Shown: in pieces, positions 27,702-37,045 of the stretch | Layout: every line of letters begins with the position of its first letter | Numbering within the stretch: position 1 is the stretch's first letter | Assembly (NCBI GenBank): GCA_044376115.1 | Contig: JBILLK010000014.1 | Span: forward strand, 173,896-237,895 | DNA length: 64,000 nucleotides | Origin: Polyangiaceae bacterium | GTDB taxonomy: Bacteria > Myxococcota_A > Polyangia > Polyangiales > Polyangiaceae | Reading direction: 5' to 3' | Notes under the pieces: generated by a model | Seen by the model: the letters and a program-made list of their open reading frames with translations, nothing else | What the model was told of the DNA's origin: nothing | Database searches by the model: none | Program-made: the position numbers and the translations under genes

Positions 27702-28871
27702 CTACATCCCCAAGATCTTGGCGAGGTAGTAGCGCATGGTTTCCGTGGTTCCACCGCCAATCCGCAACAAGCGTTGGTCACGCCAAGCCCGCGCGATGCG
27801 GTAGTCCTCGATGTAGCCCCAACCACCGTGGAACTGCAGACAGGTGTCAGCGACCTCACTCGCAAGATCACCGACCAGGATCTTGCACATGCTGATGTGC
27901 TTCACCGTGTCCATGCTGAGCGGGATCTTCCGCACGTAGCGTTCGTCATTGTAGCGATCCACGGTCAGGTAGACGTAGGCCCGCGCCGACTCGAGGCGCG
28001 TCAGCAGATCCACGAACTTGTGCTGCCAAACCTCACGCTTGATGATCGGCTTGCCGAACGCGGTGCGCTCGCGGCCGTAGGCCATCGCCTCCTCGACCAT
28101 GAGAAAGCTGCCGGAAACGGCGCTCACGGCAGCGATCAAACGCTCCGTCTGGAAGTTCTGCATCAAGTACATGAAGCCCATGTTCTCTTCGCCCAAGCGG
28201 TAACGAGCAGGGATGCGCATGTCCTCGAAGAAGAGCTCGGCGGTGTCGCTCGACTTGTTCCCAATCTTCTTCAACGCCTTCGACACCACGAAGCCCTTGG
28301 TGTTGGTGGGCACGAGGAAAAACGTGCAGCCGTGTGCTCCGGCATCTGGGTTGGTCTTCGCCAGCAAGGTCACGAAGTCTGCGCGTGTACCGTTGGTGAT
28401 GAAGGTCTTCTGCCCGCGAATGACGTAGTCATCCCCGTCACGCTTGGCGACCGTCTTGATACCGGCGACGTCACTGCCTGCAGCCGGCTCCGAAACCCCG
28501 AGCGAGACAATCTTGTCGCCAGCCAACGCGGGCTTGAGGAACTCTTCAATTTGCTCCGGTGTTCCGATGTCGCTGATCACCGGCGTCGCCATGTCACTCT
28601 GGACCAGCAAGCCCATCCCAACGCCCGCGGCGCGGGACCGCGGCAGTTCCTCGGCCTTTGCAACCGAGAACCAGTAATCCTGGCCGCCACCGCCGTGCTC
28701 CTCCGGGAAGTGCGCCCCCAGAATCCCTAGTTCCCCTGCGCGCTTGAAGACCGAGTTGGGGAAGCAGCCGCTTTCCTCCCATTCGTCAACGTGCGGAGCG
28801 AGCTCCTTCTCGGCGAAGGCTCGGACGGTTTTTCTAAACTGGTCGTTTTCTTCGGTGAAGGGCTGGAACAT
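27702..28871 (-). CDS. Acyl-CoA dehydrogenase
   Basis: SEPAAGSDV, GQKTFITNG, SDTAELFFED, CLQFHGGWGY and IGGGTTE motifs. Confidence 0.96.
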   Translation of the reverse strand: MFQPFTEENDQFRKTVRAFAEKELAPHVDEWEESGCFPNSVFKRAGELGILGAHFPEEHGGGGQDYWFSVAKAEELPRSRAAGVGMGLLVQSDMATPVISDIGTPEQIEEFLKPALAGDKIVSLGVSEPAAGSDVAGIKTVAKRDGDDYVIRGQKTFITNGTRADFVTLLAKTNPDAGAHGCTFFLVPTNTKGFVVSKALKKIGNKSSDTAELFFEDMRIPARYRLGEENMGFMYLMQNFQTERLIAAVSAVSGSFLMVEEAMAYGRERTAFGKPIIKREVWQHKFVDLLTRLESARAYVYLTVDRYNDERYVRKIPLSMDTVKHISMCKILVGDLASEVADTCLQFHGGWGYIEDYRIARAWRDQRLLRIGGGTTETMRYYLAKILGM

Positions 28872-28892
28872 AATTCTTTCGTACACTAAATT

Positions 28893-28931
28893 TGTCTTTG
28901 CTCAATTGATTTCTTTGAGCATCACAAGACA
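28893..28931. promoter_or_regulatory. AT-rich imperfect inverted repeat, candidate operator between divergent genes
   Basis: TGTCTT-TGCTCAA-N9-TTGAGCA-tcac-AAGACA. Confidence 0.45.
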
Positions 28932-28992
28932 GTGCGTCGGGCGACTCGCTGAATGACTCGGGGTGTCTGCGGAACTAGCCTCGGCGGCGCGC

Positions 28993-29928
28993 ATGCACAT
29001 CCTCTTATTGTCTCGGAACCCTTCTCTCTATTCGACGAGTCGAGTCGTGCTTTCGGCGCGCGCACGCGGGCACGAAGTGAGCGTGATCGATCCACTCGAC
29101 TTTCAGATCGTCGTGCTGCGCGGTAGGCCAACGCTCTTCGTTGGTGGTGCCCGCGTGCCGCGTTTTGACGTGGTGGTTCCTCGCATTGGAGCGAGCATCA
29201 CCAACTACGGACTGGCGGTCGTTAGGCAGTTCGATCTGATGGGCGTGCCGGTGCTCAACAACGCTGCATCGATCGCTCGCAGCCGCGACAAACTCAGGGC
29301 CTTGCAGCTACTTTCACGCGCCGGCCTGGACATCCCGACGACCGTTTGTGCGCGCACGCCAGCAGGCCTCGCGGCCGCCCTCGAGCTGGTCGGTGGTTCG
29401 CCTGCGATCGTCAAGCTGCAACAAGGCACGCAAGGCATCGGCACGATGATCGCCGACACCGAACAAGCGGTGCACGCGCTGCTCGAGACCTTCTGGGCGA
29501 TGGGACAAGACATCGTGCTGCAGGAGTACGTGCGTGAAAGCAAAGGGCGCGACGTCCGCATCATCGTGGTCGGAGGCAAGGTGGTGGCGTCGATGCGGCG
29601 ACAGGCCAAGAAGGGCGAGTTCCGAGCGAATCTCCACCGCGGTGGGCGCGGGACCAACGTGACGTTGCCCGCCGCGTACAAGCGCATCGCGGTCAAGGCA
29701 GCGGAGGTCATGGGCCTCGAAGTCTCCGGGGTCGATCTACTCGAGGGCAAGGCTGGTCCGCGCATTCTCGAGATCAACAGTTCACCCGGGATCGAAGGCA
29801 TCGAGCGAGCCACCGGCGTGGACGTAGCTGGGGCGATCGTGGCGCACATCGAGAAGTTCGCTCGCAAGAACAAGCGGCGCCGGATGGGCAAAGCCACCGT
29901 CGCACAAATCATCGAGGCAGACGGGTGA
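28993..29928 (+). CDS. rimK: RimK-family ATP-grasp alpha-L-glutamate ligase
   Basis: LYSTSR, PRIGASIT, SRDKLR, GTQGIG, EFRANLHRGG and EINSSPG motifs. Confidence 0.93.
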   Translation: MHILLLSRNPSLYSTSRVVLSARARGHEVSVIDPLDFQIVVLRGRPTLFVGGARVPRFDVVVPRIGASITNYGLAVVRQFDLMGVPVLNNAASIARSRDKLRALQLLSRAGLDIPTTVCARTPAGLAAALELVGGSPAIVKLQQGTQGIGTMIADTEQAVHALLETFWAMGQDIVLQEYVRESKGRDVRIIVVGGKVVASMRRQAKKGEFRANLHRGGRGTNVTLPAAYKRIAVKAAEVMGLEVSGVDLLEGKAGPRILEINSSPGIEGIERATGVDVAGAIVAHIEKFARKNKRRRMGKATVAQIIEADG

Positions 29929-30701
29929 GCATCGCCGTCGAACAACGCGGCTGCGTGCGGATCTTCTCGTTCGACCGGCCGGAGAAGCGCAACGCCCTCG
30001 GGCTCGCTACCATCGAGAGCTTGCTGTCGAGCCTGCGGGAGGCCGAGGCTGACCCGGAGGTGCGCGGCATCGTGCTGAGCCATCGACGCGCAGAGGGGCA
30101 GTTGAACGTGTTCGTCTCGGGCGGCGATCTCGACGAGCTCGCTGGCCTGCTCGACCGTGATGACGGTGCCGACGCGGTGATCTCGATGGGCGAACACCTG
30201 CGAGCGCTGGAAACGAGCCCGCTGCCTATCGTAGCCGCGCTCTCGGGCGAGGCCTTCGGTGGGGGCTGCGAATTGCTCCTCCTGTGTGATGCGGTCTTCG
30301 CGGAGGCCTCCGCTGGCCTTACCTTTCGCCACGCGGCGATGGGGCTCTCGCCAGCGTGGGGAGGTGCAGAGCGCCTGCTCCACCGCGTCGGCCCCCTAGC
30401 GGCTCGCGAGCTTCTGTTCACGGCCGTACGCGTCGATGCCCAGCGGGCCCTCACGCTCGGTCTGGTCAACGCGGTGGTCGAGGACGCGGAGCTCGCGGCG
30501 ATCGACTACATCGAACGAGTTGCCAAACATGAGCGCGGCGTCATCGCTGAGCAGAAGGAGCTGCTGCGACAGCTCGCGCGCCTTGCAGAAGGAGCAGCGG
30601 GCGAGGTTGAACGAGCCACCCTTCACAAACTCTTTGGGCATGGAGAGAACCGGCGCGTGCTCAATCACCATCTCCAGCGACGCGCGCAAAAGCGAGGCTG
30701 A
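29925..30701 (+). CDS. Enoyl-CoA hydratase/isomerase family protein
   Basis: RPEKRNAL, FVSGGDL, AFGGGCEL and PAWGG motifs. Confidence 0.92.
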   Translation: MSIAVEQRGCVRIFSFDRPEKRNALGLATIESLLSSLREAEADPEVRGIVLSHRRAEGQLNVFVSGGDLDELAGLLDRDDGADAVISMGEHLRALETSPLPIVAALSGEAFGGGCELLLLCDAVFAEASAGLTFRHAAMGLSPAWGGAERLLHRVGPLAARELLFTAVRVDAQRALTLGLVNAVVEDAELAAIDYIERVAKHERGVIAEQKELLRQLARLAEGAAGEVERATLHKLFGHGENRRVLNHHLQRRAQKRG

Positions 30702-31451
30702 GTGCTAGCCGGACGTACCATTGCAGTCGTCATTCCGGCTCGGAATGAAGAAGAACGCGTGGCTGAGGTCGTCACCACCTTGCCTGCTTTTGTGGACGTG
30801 GCGGTGGTGATCGATGACGCCAGTACGGACAACACCGCGCGCGCAGCTCGAGAGGCTGGCGCCGTCGTGCTCCAGCACGAAACCCGGCGCGGAGTGGGAG
30901 CTGCCATCAGCACCGGCTACGAACACGCACGCAGCCGCGGGTTCGACATCGCGGTGGTGATGGCTGGCGACGGCCAGATGGACCCGCTCGATCTAGCGGC
31001 GCTGCTTCAGCCGATCCTCGATGGCGAAGCGGACTACGTGAAGGGCAATCGCTTCCGCCACCCAGCCGTCGATAGCACCATGCCGCGGGCTCGCTTTCAC
31101 GTTGGTCGAGCCTTGTCGCTGATGACGAGGGTCGCGACGGGTGCCGCTGTGTCCGATACCCAATGTGGTTACACGGCCATCACGCGCGAAGCGCTCGTCG
31201 CGATCGAGGCGTGTCCGATGTGGGTCGGTTACGGCTACCCCAACGATCTGATCGGCATCCTCGCTCGCCACGGCCAGCGGGTACGCGAGGTCGTGGTGCG
31301 GCCTGTCTACCGCGGGGAAAAGAGCGGGCTTCGCCCATGGCACGTCGCGATCATCGTCGGCATCATCACCCGCAGCGGCGTGCTGCGCCTCGAGCAGCAA
31401 CTCGGGCTTCGATCACGCCGTCAGCCGCTCGAACGAGACTTGAGCTCCTGA
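30702..31451 (+). CDS. Glycosyltransferase family 2 (DPM1-like)
   Basis: VVIPARNE, IDDASTD, GDGQMDP and DTQCGY motifs. Confidence 0.93.
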   Translation: MLAGRTIAVVIPARNEEERVAEVVTTLPAFVDVAVVIDDASTDNTARAAREAGAVVLQHETRRGVGAAISTGYEHARSRGFDIAVVMAGDGQMDPLDLAALLQPILDGEADYVKGNRFRHPAVDSTMPRARFHVGRALSLMTRVATGAAVSDTQCGYTAITREALVAIEACPMWVGYGYPNDLIGILARHGQRVREVVVRPVYRGEKSGLRPWHVAIIVGIITRSGVLRLEQQLGLRSRRQPLERDLSS

Positions 31452-31852
31452 TAGGAGGCGCCCAGCGTCGCCTCTTCACTGGGCAGGCCTGCTGCAGTCC
31501 AGCCGGGCTCAGTCACCCGGCCAAAGTTGTCGCGCAGACCGTCCCACCCGGCCCGCTGGTCGACGATGTCGGTGAAGCCCTCCGACAGCAGCAATTTGGC
31601 CGCTTTGAGCGAGCGCCCACCGGCTTTGCAGCCAAGCACGAGCCGATGATCAGCGGCGTAGAGGCTCTTCACCACGCGCAGAAAATCGTCGTTCGGTACC
31701 AAGCCCGTTGGGCCTGACACCATGAACGGCACGTTGTGTGCGCCCGCTGGATGACCTGCATTCCACTCGGCCTCGGTGCGAACGTCGAGATACTGAAAGC
31801 CTTCAGCGTTGATAAGTTCGAACGCTTCGCTCGGTGAGACTCGCTTCAACAT
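31421..31852 (-). CDS. Rhodanese-like domain protein
   Basis: LDVRTEAEW, GHPAGA and active-site loop CKAGGRS. Confidence 0.92.
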   Translation of the reverse strand: MLKRVSPSEAFELINAEGFQYLDVRTEAEWNAGHPAGAHNVPFMVSGPTGLVPNDDFLRVVKSLYAADHRLVLGCKAGGRSLKAAKLLLSEGFTDIVDQRAGWDGLRDNFGRVTEPGWTAAGLPSEEATLGASYQELKSRSSG

Positions 31853-31866
31853 CGGCGACTCCAGGA

Positions 31867-33105
31867 TCAAAAGACATGAACGAAGAGCCCGCTTCGCAAC
31901 TTGGGCTCAAACCAGGTGCTCTTCGGCGGCATCAACAAACCAGCATCGCTCACCGCCATCAGCTCGAGCATCTGCGTGGGGTAGAGGTGAATGGCGATCG
32001 ACATTTCGCCCGAATCAACGCGGCGCTCGAGCTCCTGCTGACCGCGGATTCCACCGACGAAGTCCACGTGCTTGTCACGGCGCGGATCTTTCACGTCGAA
32101 CACCGGGCCCAGCAGTTGGTCCTGACAAATCGAGCAGTCGAGCCCAGCGACTGGATCGCTCGCATCGAAACTCCCTGCGCGCACCGAGGCTTCGTACCAA
32201 GCCCCACCGGCGTAGACGCCGAACTTCTTCGGCCCCGAGGGCATCGCTTCATTGCCCTTCTCCCGACCCAACTCGGAAGTCGCCACGATATCGAAGCGCT
32301 TCCGCAGTTCTTCGAGCAGCGCAGCCGCGCTCCTTCCCTGCGGATCGCGAACCACGCGGTTGTACGCCATGATGTTCATCTGATTGTGGGGGAAGATCAC
32401 GGCGAGAAAGAAGCCGTGCTCCCCTCCGTCCCCGCGCCGCAACTTGTGCACGCGTGCGGCGGCTGCAGAGCGATGATGCCCGTCCGCGACGTACAGCGCA
32501 GGCACCGCAGCGAAGCGAGCCGCCAACTGCTGGCTGAGCTCCGTGTCAGCGGCCCACACGCGATGGGCCACGCCGTCTTGCGTGGTGAAATCGAAGGCGG
32601 GTTCGCCTTGCGTGATGCCTTTCACCACAGCATCGATCTCGGGTTCCGCCCGATAGGTCAGGAAAACCGGCTCGTCGTGGGCCGAGAGCACGTCGATGTG
32701 CTTGGTTCGGTCATCCTCTTTGTCGGCTCGCGTCTTCTCGTGCTTCTTGATGATGTCGGCTTCGTAGTCCGCGACCGATGCGCAAGCGACGAGCCCGACC
32801 TGATGATGGCTGCCCATCGTTTGGGCGTACACGTACAGGCGCGGAGCTGCGTCTTGCCGCAAAGTGCCTTCAGCGATGAACGCCTCGAGGTTCTCACGGC
32901 CTTTGATGTAGACGGCCTCGTCGTGCTCATCCACGCCGGCGGGCAGGTCGATCTCGGGCCGAGCGACGTGAAGAAAGCTGTACGGGTTTCCCTCGGCGAG
33001 TGCAGCCGCCTCAGCGGAAGACACGACGTCGTAGGGAGGGCTGGCTACGCGCACGGCGAGTTCAGGACGCGGTCGGTATGCAGCAAAAGGCCGAATATCT
33101 GCCAT
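31867..33105 (-). CDS. DUF1015 family protein
   Basis: SPPYDVV, IKKHEKT, YVADGHHR and MPPKSTWFEPKLRSGL motifs. Confidence 0.95.
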   Translation of the reverse strand: MADIRPFAAYRPRPELAVRVASPPYDVVSSAEAAALAEGNPYSFLHVARPEIDLPAGVDEHDEAVYIKGRENLEAFIAEGTLRQDAAPRLYVYAQTMGSHHQVGLVACASVADYEADIIKKHEKTRADKEDDRTKHIDVLSAHDEPVFLTYRAEPEIDAVVKGITQGEPAFDFTTQDGVAHRVWAADTELSQQLAARFAAVPALYVADGHHRSAAAARVHKLRRGDGGEHGFFLAVIFPHNQMNIMAYNRVVRDPQGRSAAALLEELRKRFDIVATSELGREKGNEAMPSGPKKFGVYAGGAWYEASVRAGSFDASDPVAGLDCSICQDQLLGPVFDVKDPRRDKHVDFVGGIRGQQELERRVDSGEMSIAIHLYPTQMLELMAVSDAGLLMPPKSTWFEPKLRSGLFVHVF

Positions 33106-33175
33106 GGTGGTTCTCGAAGGGTGTGGTCGAAGAGCGTTCGCTTATGCCTCAGCACAGCGCCAGCGTCGAGGATCG

Positions 33176-34834
33176 ATGACCGGGCCGTCGGGCCGTGAGT
33201 ATAGTGCCCCGGTGACGGACGATGACGACGACGACGAGTTGGCCCCCAGCCTGCTGCCTGCGCCACCAACGCTGCCGCCACTGAAGACCCTGCGCGGCAA
33301 GCGTCTCATCGTCGTCGGGGGCGGGCGGGGCGGCGTCGGCAAGTCGACGCTGACGCTGAACCTGGGCGTCTACTTCGCGCAGCTCGGGCGGAGCGTCGTC
33401 GTTTGTGACGCGGACAGCGGCTTCGCCAACCTCCACGCGATGGTCGGCCTCACCGCGGCACCGCTGATCTCCTTCGACCCGGACGATGCGGCGCCGATCA
33501 AGCCGGTCACCACCTTGGTGCCGGGGCTTCAGCTCTTACCGTCGCCTTTCGATCTCTTGGCGATGGCTCCAGTCAAGCCAACGCGATCGCTCTCTTGGCA
33601 GAAGGTCTTCTCGCAGATCGAGGCGGACTACGTGCTGATCCACATCGGGTCGAACATGTCGCTGGTCGGTCTCGACTTGTTCACGATGGCCGATGTGGCG
33701 ATCGCAGTGACGGCACCTGAACCGATCGCGATCGAGACGACGTACGGCTTTCTGCGCGCGCTGTTTGCGAGGGCGTTGCGCCGTCGCTTGATGAAGGAGC
33801 GGCTCAAGCTCAAGCTGGTTGAACGCGCGATCGAAGCACTGCCGCCGATGGCGACGCCGATCGACATCGTGGAGGCCATTCATCGTTACGATCACGCGCT
33901 CGGTAATACGGCCTCGCGTGAGCTTGCGCGGCTCGCCCCGCGCCTCGTCGTCGGTCACACGCGGCTGCGCTCCGACTTGGAGCTTGGTCCAGCCATGAGC
34001 GCGATCAGCGGGCGCTTCCTCGGGGTCGACATCGACTACGTCGGCCACGTCGAGTACGACGACGCTGCCTGGCTCTCGGTGCGCAAGCGGGTGCCGCTCT
34101 TGATCGAGAGTCCAACCTCGAAGAGCGCCCGAAACATCGAGCGCATCGCGCGCCGAATCCTGGCCATCATCATGTCCGGTGACGCGCCCCGCGAGGCCAA
34201 GCCGGACACCTCGATCTCTCGCGACTTCGCGGGCGAGTACCGTCGACCCGGGCCGAAGAACCTCTATGAAGTACTGGGCGTCGCGCGCACGGCGGCCGAC
34301 GACGAGATCCGCAGGGCCTACAAGCGTCAACGCGAAGTGTTCCGCGATGGCAGCTTTCCGGTGGTCTCGATCGTTACGGAGAAAGCGCTGCGCGACGAGC
34401 AGGCTCGCATCGAAGAGGCCTACGACACGCTGCTCGATCCCAATCGACGTCGCAGCTACGACCTGTCGACCTTCCCACTCGAGCAGCCCGAGGGGACCGC
34501 ACCGCCCAAGACGATCGACCCGCGCCGAGCGGATGAACTGTTGCAGCTAGCGCACGAAGTATCGCGTGAAGTCCACGCAGAGACGGAGTGGTCGGGGGCG
34601 CTGTTGCGCAAGGTGCGCGAAGTGCAAAACGTTGAGTTGGTCGAGATTGCGCAGCGAACGAAGATTTCTTCGATGCACCTTTCAGCGATCGAAGAAGAGC
34701 GCACCGGGGATCTACCCGCGCTGGTTTACGTTCAAGGGTTTCTGCAGGAGTACGCGAAGTTCCTCAAGCTTGATCCAACCCAAGTGGCGCGGACGTACTT
34801 GCGCCGCGTTCGCGAGCGCGCCACGCGCGAATAG
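33176..34834 (+). CDS. MinD/FlhG-like ATPase fused to a J-like domain and a RodZ-type HTH
   Basis: GGRGGVGKST Walker A, DADSGFANL; NLYEVLGV...EIRRAYKR; LRKVRE...AQRTKIS...YVQGFLQEYAKFLKLD; start uncertain. Confidence 0.88.
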   Translation: MTGPSGREYSAPVTDDDDDDELAPSLLPAPPTLPPLKTLRGKRLIVVGGGRGGVGKSTLTLNLGVYFAQLGRSVVVCDADSGFANLHAMVGLTAAPLISFDPDDAAPIKPVTTLVPGLQLLPSPFDLLAMAPVKPTRSLSWQKVFSQIEADYVLIHIGSNMSLVGLDLFTMADVAIAVTAPEPIAIETTYGFLRALFARALRRRLMKERLKLKLVERAIEALPPMATPIDIVEAIHRYDHALGNTASRELARLAPRLVVGHTRLRSDLELGPAMSAISGRFLGVDIDYVGHVEYDDAAWLSVRKRVPLLIESPTSKSARNIERIARRILAIIMSGDAPREAKPDTSISRDFAGEYRRPGPKNLYEVLGVARTAADDEIRRAYKRQREVFRDGSFPVVSIVTEKALRDEQARIEEAYDTLLDPNRRRSYDLSTFPLEQPEGTAPPKTIDPRRADELLQLAHEVSREVHAETEWSGALLRKVREVQNVELVEIAQRTKISSMHLSAIEEERTGDLPALVYVQGFLQEYAKFLKLDPTQVARTYLRRVRERATRE

Positions 34835-34874
34835 GGCTGTAGAAGCGAGCGGGCGGCGCGTAATCTGACGGGCG

Positions 34875-35888
34875 ATGCGCCTGTGTCGGTTGCTTGCTCC
34901 TTGCCTCGTGTGGTTCTTGTGTTCGCTGCACGAGCAGGAAGCGGCTGCTTTTCCGTACACCGCGGAGCCTGGGGATACCCTCGCCTCGCTCTCTGAGCGC
35001 TTCTACGGCAAGGTCGAGTTGGAGAAGGTGATCGTCGCGGCCAACGGCTTCGAGAATCAGGTGCCGTTGCTGCCCGGCATGCGCATCGAGGTTCCCGCCG
35101 TCAGCTTCGTTCGCGCTGAGAAGACCGATTCCTGGGCTGGTTTGGCGGAGTCGCTGCTGGGCAACCCGGCGCGTGCGGAGGCGCTCGCGCTGTCAAACGA
35201 CACGATGCCGTGGATTCCGCCCAAGCCCGGCCAGGAGATCGTCGTCCCCTACCCGCTTCGCTACGTCGCAGCTCGAGGGGATAGCACCGCCAGCATCGCC
35301 TACCGCTTCCTCGGCAAGCGGGACCATTCGTACGTGATCGATCGCTTCAATGATTTGCGTGGAGCGACGCTCGAACCAGGGGACGTCGTGCTTGTTCCGG
35401 TCACCGACTTGGCGCTGACCGATGAAGGTCGCGAGGCGGCCCTCGACGCGGTGGAGCGTGTACTCGGCGAGACGCGCGGGGAAGGCCGCGACCACGAGGA
35501 GCGAGCTGTGCGTGAACTGCCGCGCCTGAAGCTCGCGGTGCGACAGGGGCAATACGTAGAGGCCGTCGCTCTGGCGAACCAGCTCGGCTTCACCGAAGAC
35601 ATGTCCGACGAAGTCACAGCCTCGGTGCTGTTTGAGTTGGTCAAGGCGTACGTCGCACTCGGAGAGAACTCGCTCGCAAGTGAGACCTGCGTAGAGTGGC
35701 GAAGACGAGCTATCGAGGTCGTGCTGGATCCAATCTGGGTGAGTCCCAAAGTTCTGTCCGCCTGCGCAAACTCGCCGGCGCCCAAGCCTGAAACTTCGGC
35801 GTCTGCTGCTGCCTCCGCAAAGGCCTCCGAACTCGCCAGATCCAAACCGAACACACCTCCTCCCGCTCCGCGAGACGCAACGCCGTGA
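34875..35888 (+). CDS. Exported LysM-repeat protein with TPR-like C-terminus
   Basis: Signal peptide; three LysM-like units (PGDTLASLSERFYG, TDSWAGLAESLLG, RGDSTASIAYRFLG). Confidence 0.82.
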   Translation: MRLCRLLAPCLVWFLCSLHEQEAAAFPYTAEPGDTLASLSERFYGKVELEKVIVAANGFENQVPLLPGMRIEVPAVSFVRAEKTDSWAGLAESLLGNPARAEALALSNDTMPWIPPKPGQEIVVPYPLRYVAARGDSTASIAYRFLGKRDHSYVIDRFNDLRGATLEPGDVVLVPVTDLALTDEGREAALDAVERVLGETRGEGRDHEERAVRELPRLKLAVRQGQYVEAVALANQLGFTEDMSDEVTASVLFELVKAYVALGENSLASETCVEWRRRAIEVVLDPIWVSPKVLSACANSPAPKPETSASAAASAKASELARSKPNTPPPAPRDATP

Positions 35889-37045
35889 GCCTCGCTTCCT
35901 TGCCTGCAGATCCGTTGCAACTCGGCGCGTTGGTTGCTTCGCGCTACGAGCTCAAGGCCGTACTTGGGCGGGGGGCTTCTGGCGTGGTGTACAGCGCCGT
36001 CGATGGCGACAGCGGCGTGGAAGTTGCGCTCAAGGTGATCCATCGCGAGCACTGTCACACTCGACAGATCTTTGCGCGCTACAAGCGCGAGGCGGCGATC
36101 CTTCGGCAGATCGGCGGCGAGCACATCGTTCGCTTCTTGGACTTCATCGAACACGACGGCCTGCTCGTGATCGTGCTCGAACTCGTGCGTGGAGTGTCTC
36201 TCGAGCATCGTCTTCAACAAGGTCCCATCGAGATTGAAGCGGCGCTCGAGATCGCCACGCAGATATGTATTGGGCTCGAGACCGCGCATCAGGCAGGCGT
36301 CGTTCACCGGGATCTGAAGCCTGGAAACGTGATGGTCGAGACCGCTGCCAACGGCATGGAGACAGCGAGGATCCTCGACTTTGGTCTCGCGAAGGTCGTC
36401 CATGGAGGGCACCTCAACACCGGCCTCACCGAGCGCGACATGATCTTTGGTACGCCCGAATACATGGCTCCCGAACAAGCCCGCGGGGACGACGCCGACG
36501 TGCGCAGCGATGTGTATGCGTGCGGCGTCATCCTCTACGAAATGCTCACGGGGAGCGTTCCCTTTCGCGGCAAGACGCCACTCGCGACCATGACCGCGGT
36601 GCTCAGCCAACCGCTCGATCCACCGCGCTCACGCGCAAAGGATCGAGCCATTCCGTCGGTTTTGGAGACGGTGCTGTTGCGCTGTTTGGAGAAGTCGTCG
36701 GAGGATCGCTACACCTCGGTGCGGGAGCTGCGCGCTGCGATCGAGGCGGCCAGCGAGCGACGCGTGATCAGTCTGCAGCCCACGCCGCGCAGCGATCTTC
36801 ACGATAGCGACACCGAGCTGAGCCTGCGCCGTTCGCAGATCCGCAGCGCGACGGAGGCGCTGCGCGCAGCCGAAGCCCTCGCCGAGGCCAAGGCTCGGCT
36901 GGCAGAGGGGGACCGACCAACCGAACTTGCACCCCCACCGACGCCCGCGGGAGCGCCGAACCATTTGGAGCAGCGCTGGAAGTTCGTGGCGGCGGCAGCC
37001 ATCGTTACCTGCATCGTGCTCGGCGTGCTGCTGGCCCTCAAGTAG
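35885..37045 (+). CDS. Hanks-type Ser/Thr protein kinase with C-terminal membrane anchor
   Basis: GRGASGVV, ALK, HRDLKPGN, DFG and GTPEYMAPE motifs; terminal TM helix. Confidence 0.96.
   Translation: MSLASLPADPLQLGALVASRYELKAVLGRGASGVVYSAVDGDSGVEVALKVIHREHCHTRQIFARYKREAAILRQIGGEHIVRFLDFIEHDGLLVIVLELVRGVSLEHRLQQGPIEIEAALEIATQICIGLETAHQAGVVHRDLKPGNVMVETAANGMETARILDFGLAKVVHGGHLNTGLTERDMIFGTPEYMAPEQARGDDADVRSDVYACGVILYEMLTGSVPFRGKTPLATMTAVLSQPLDPPRSRAKDRAIPSVLETVLLRCLEKSSEDRYTSVRELRAAIEAASERRVISLQPTPRSDLHDSDTELSLRRSQIRSATEALRAAEALAEAKARLAEGDRPTELAPPPTPAGAPNHLEQRWKFVAAAAIVTCIVLGVLLALK

Noticed and set aside
28949..28960. 12-mer CTGAATGACTCG identical to 9101-9112
   Set aside because: A single 12-bp match in 64 kb is compatible with chance, and the hairpin partner is absent here
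31834..36610. Antisense ORFs 31834..33198 (+) and 35300..36610 (-)
   Set aside because: Fully overlap well-supported DUF1015, LysM and kinase genes on the other strand; no domain signal
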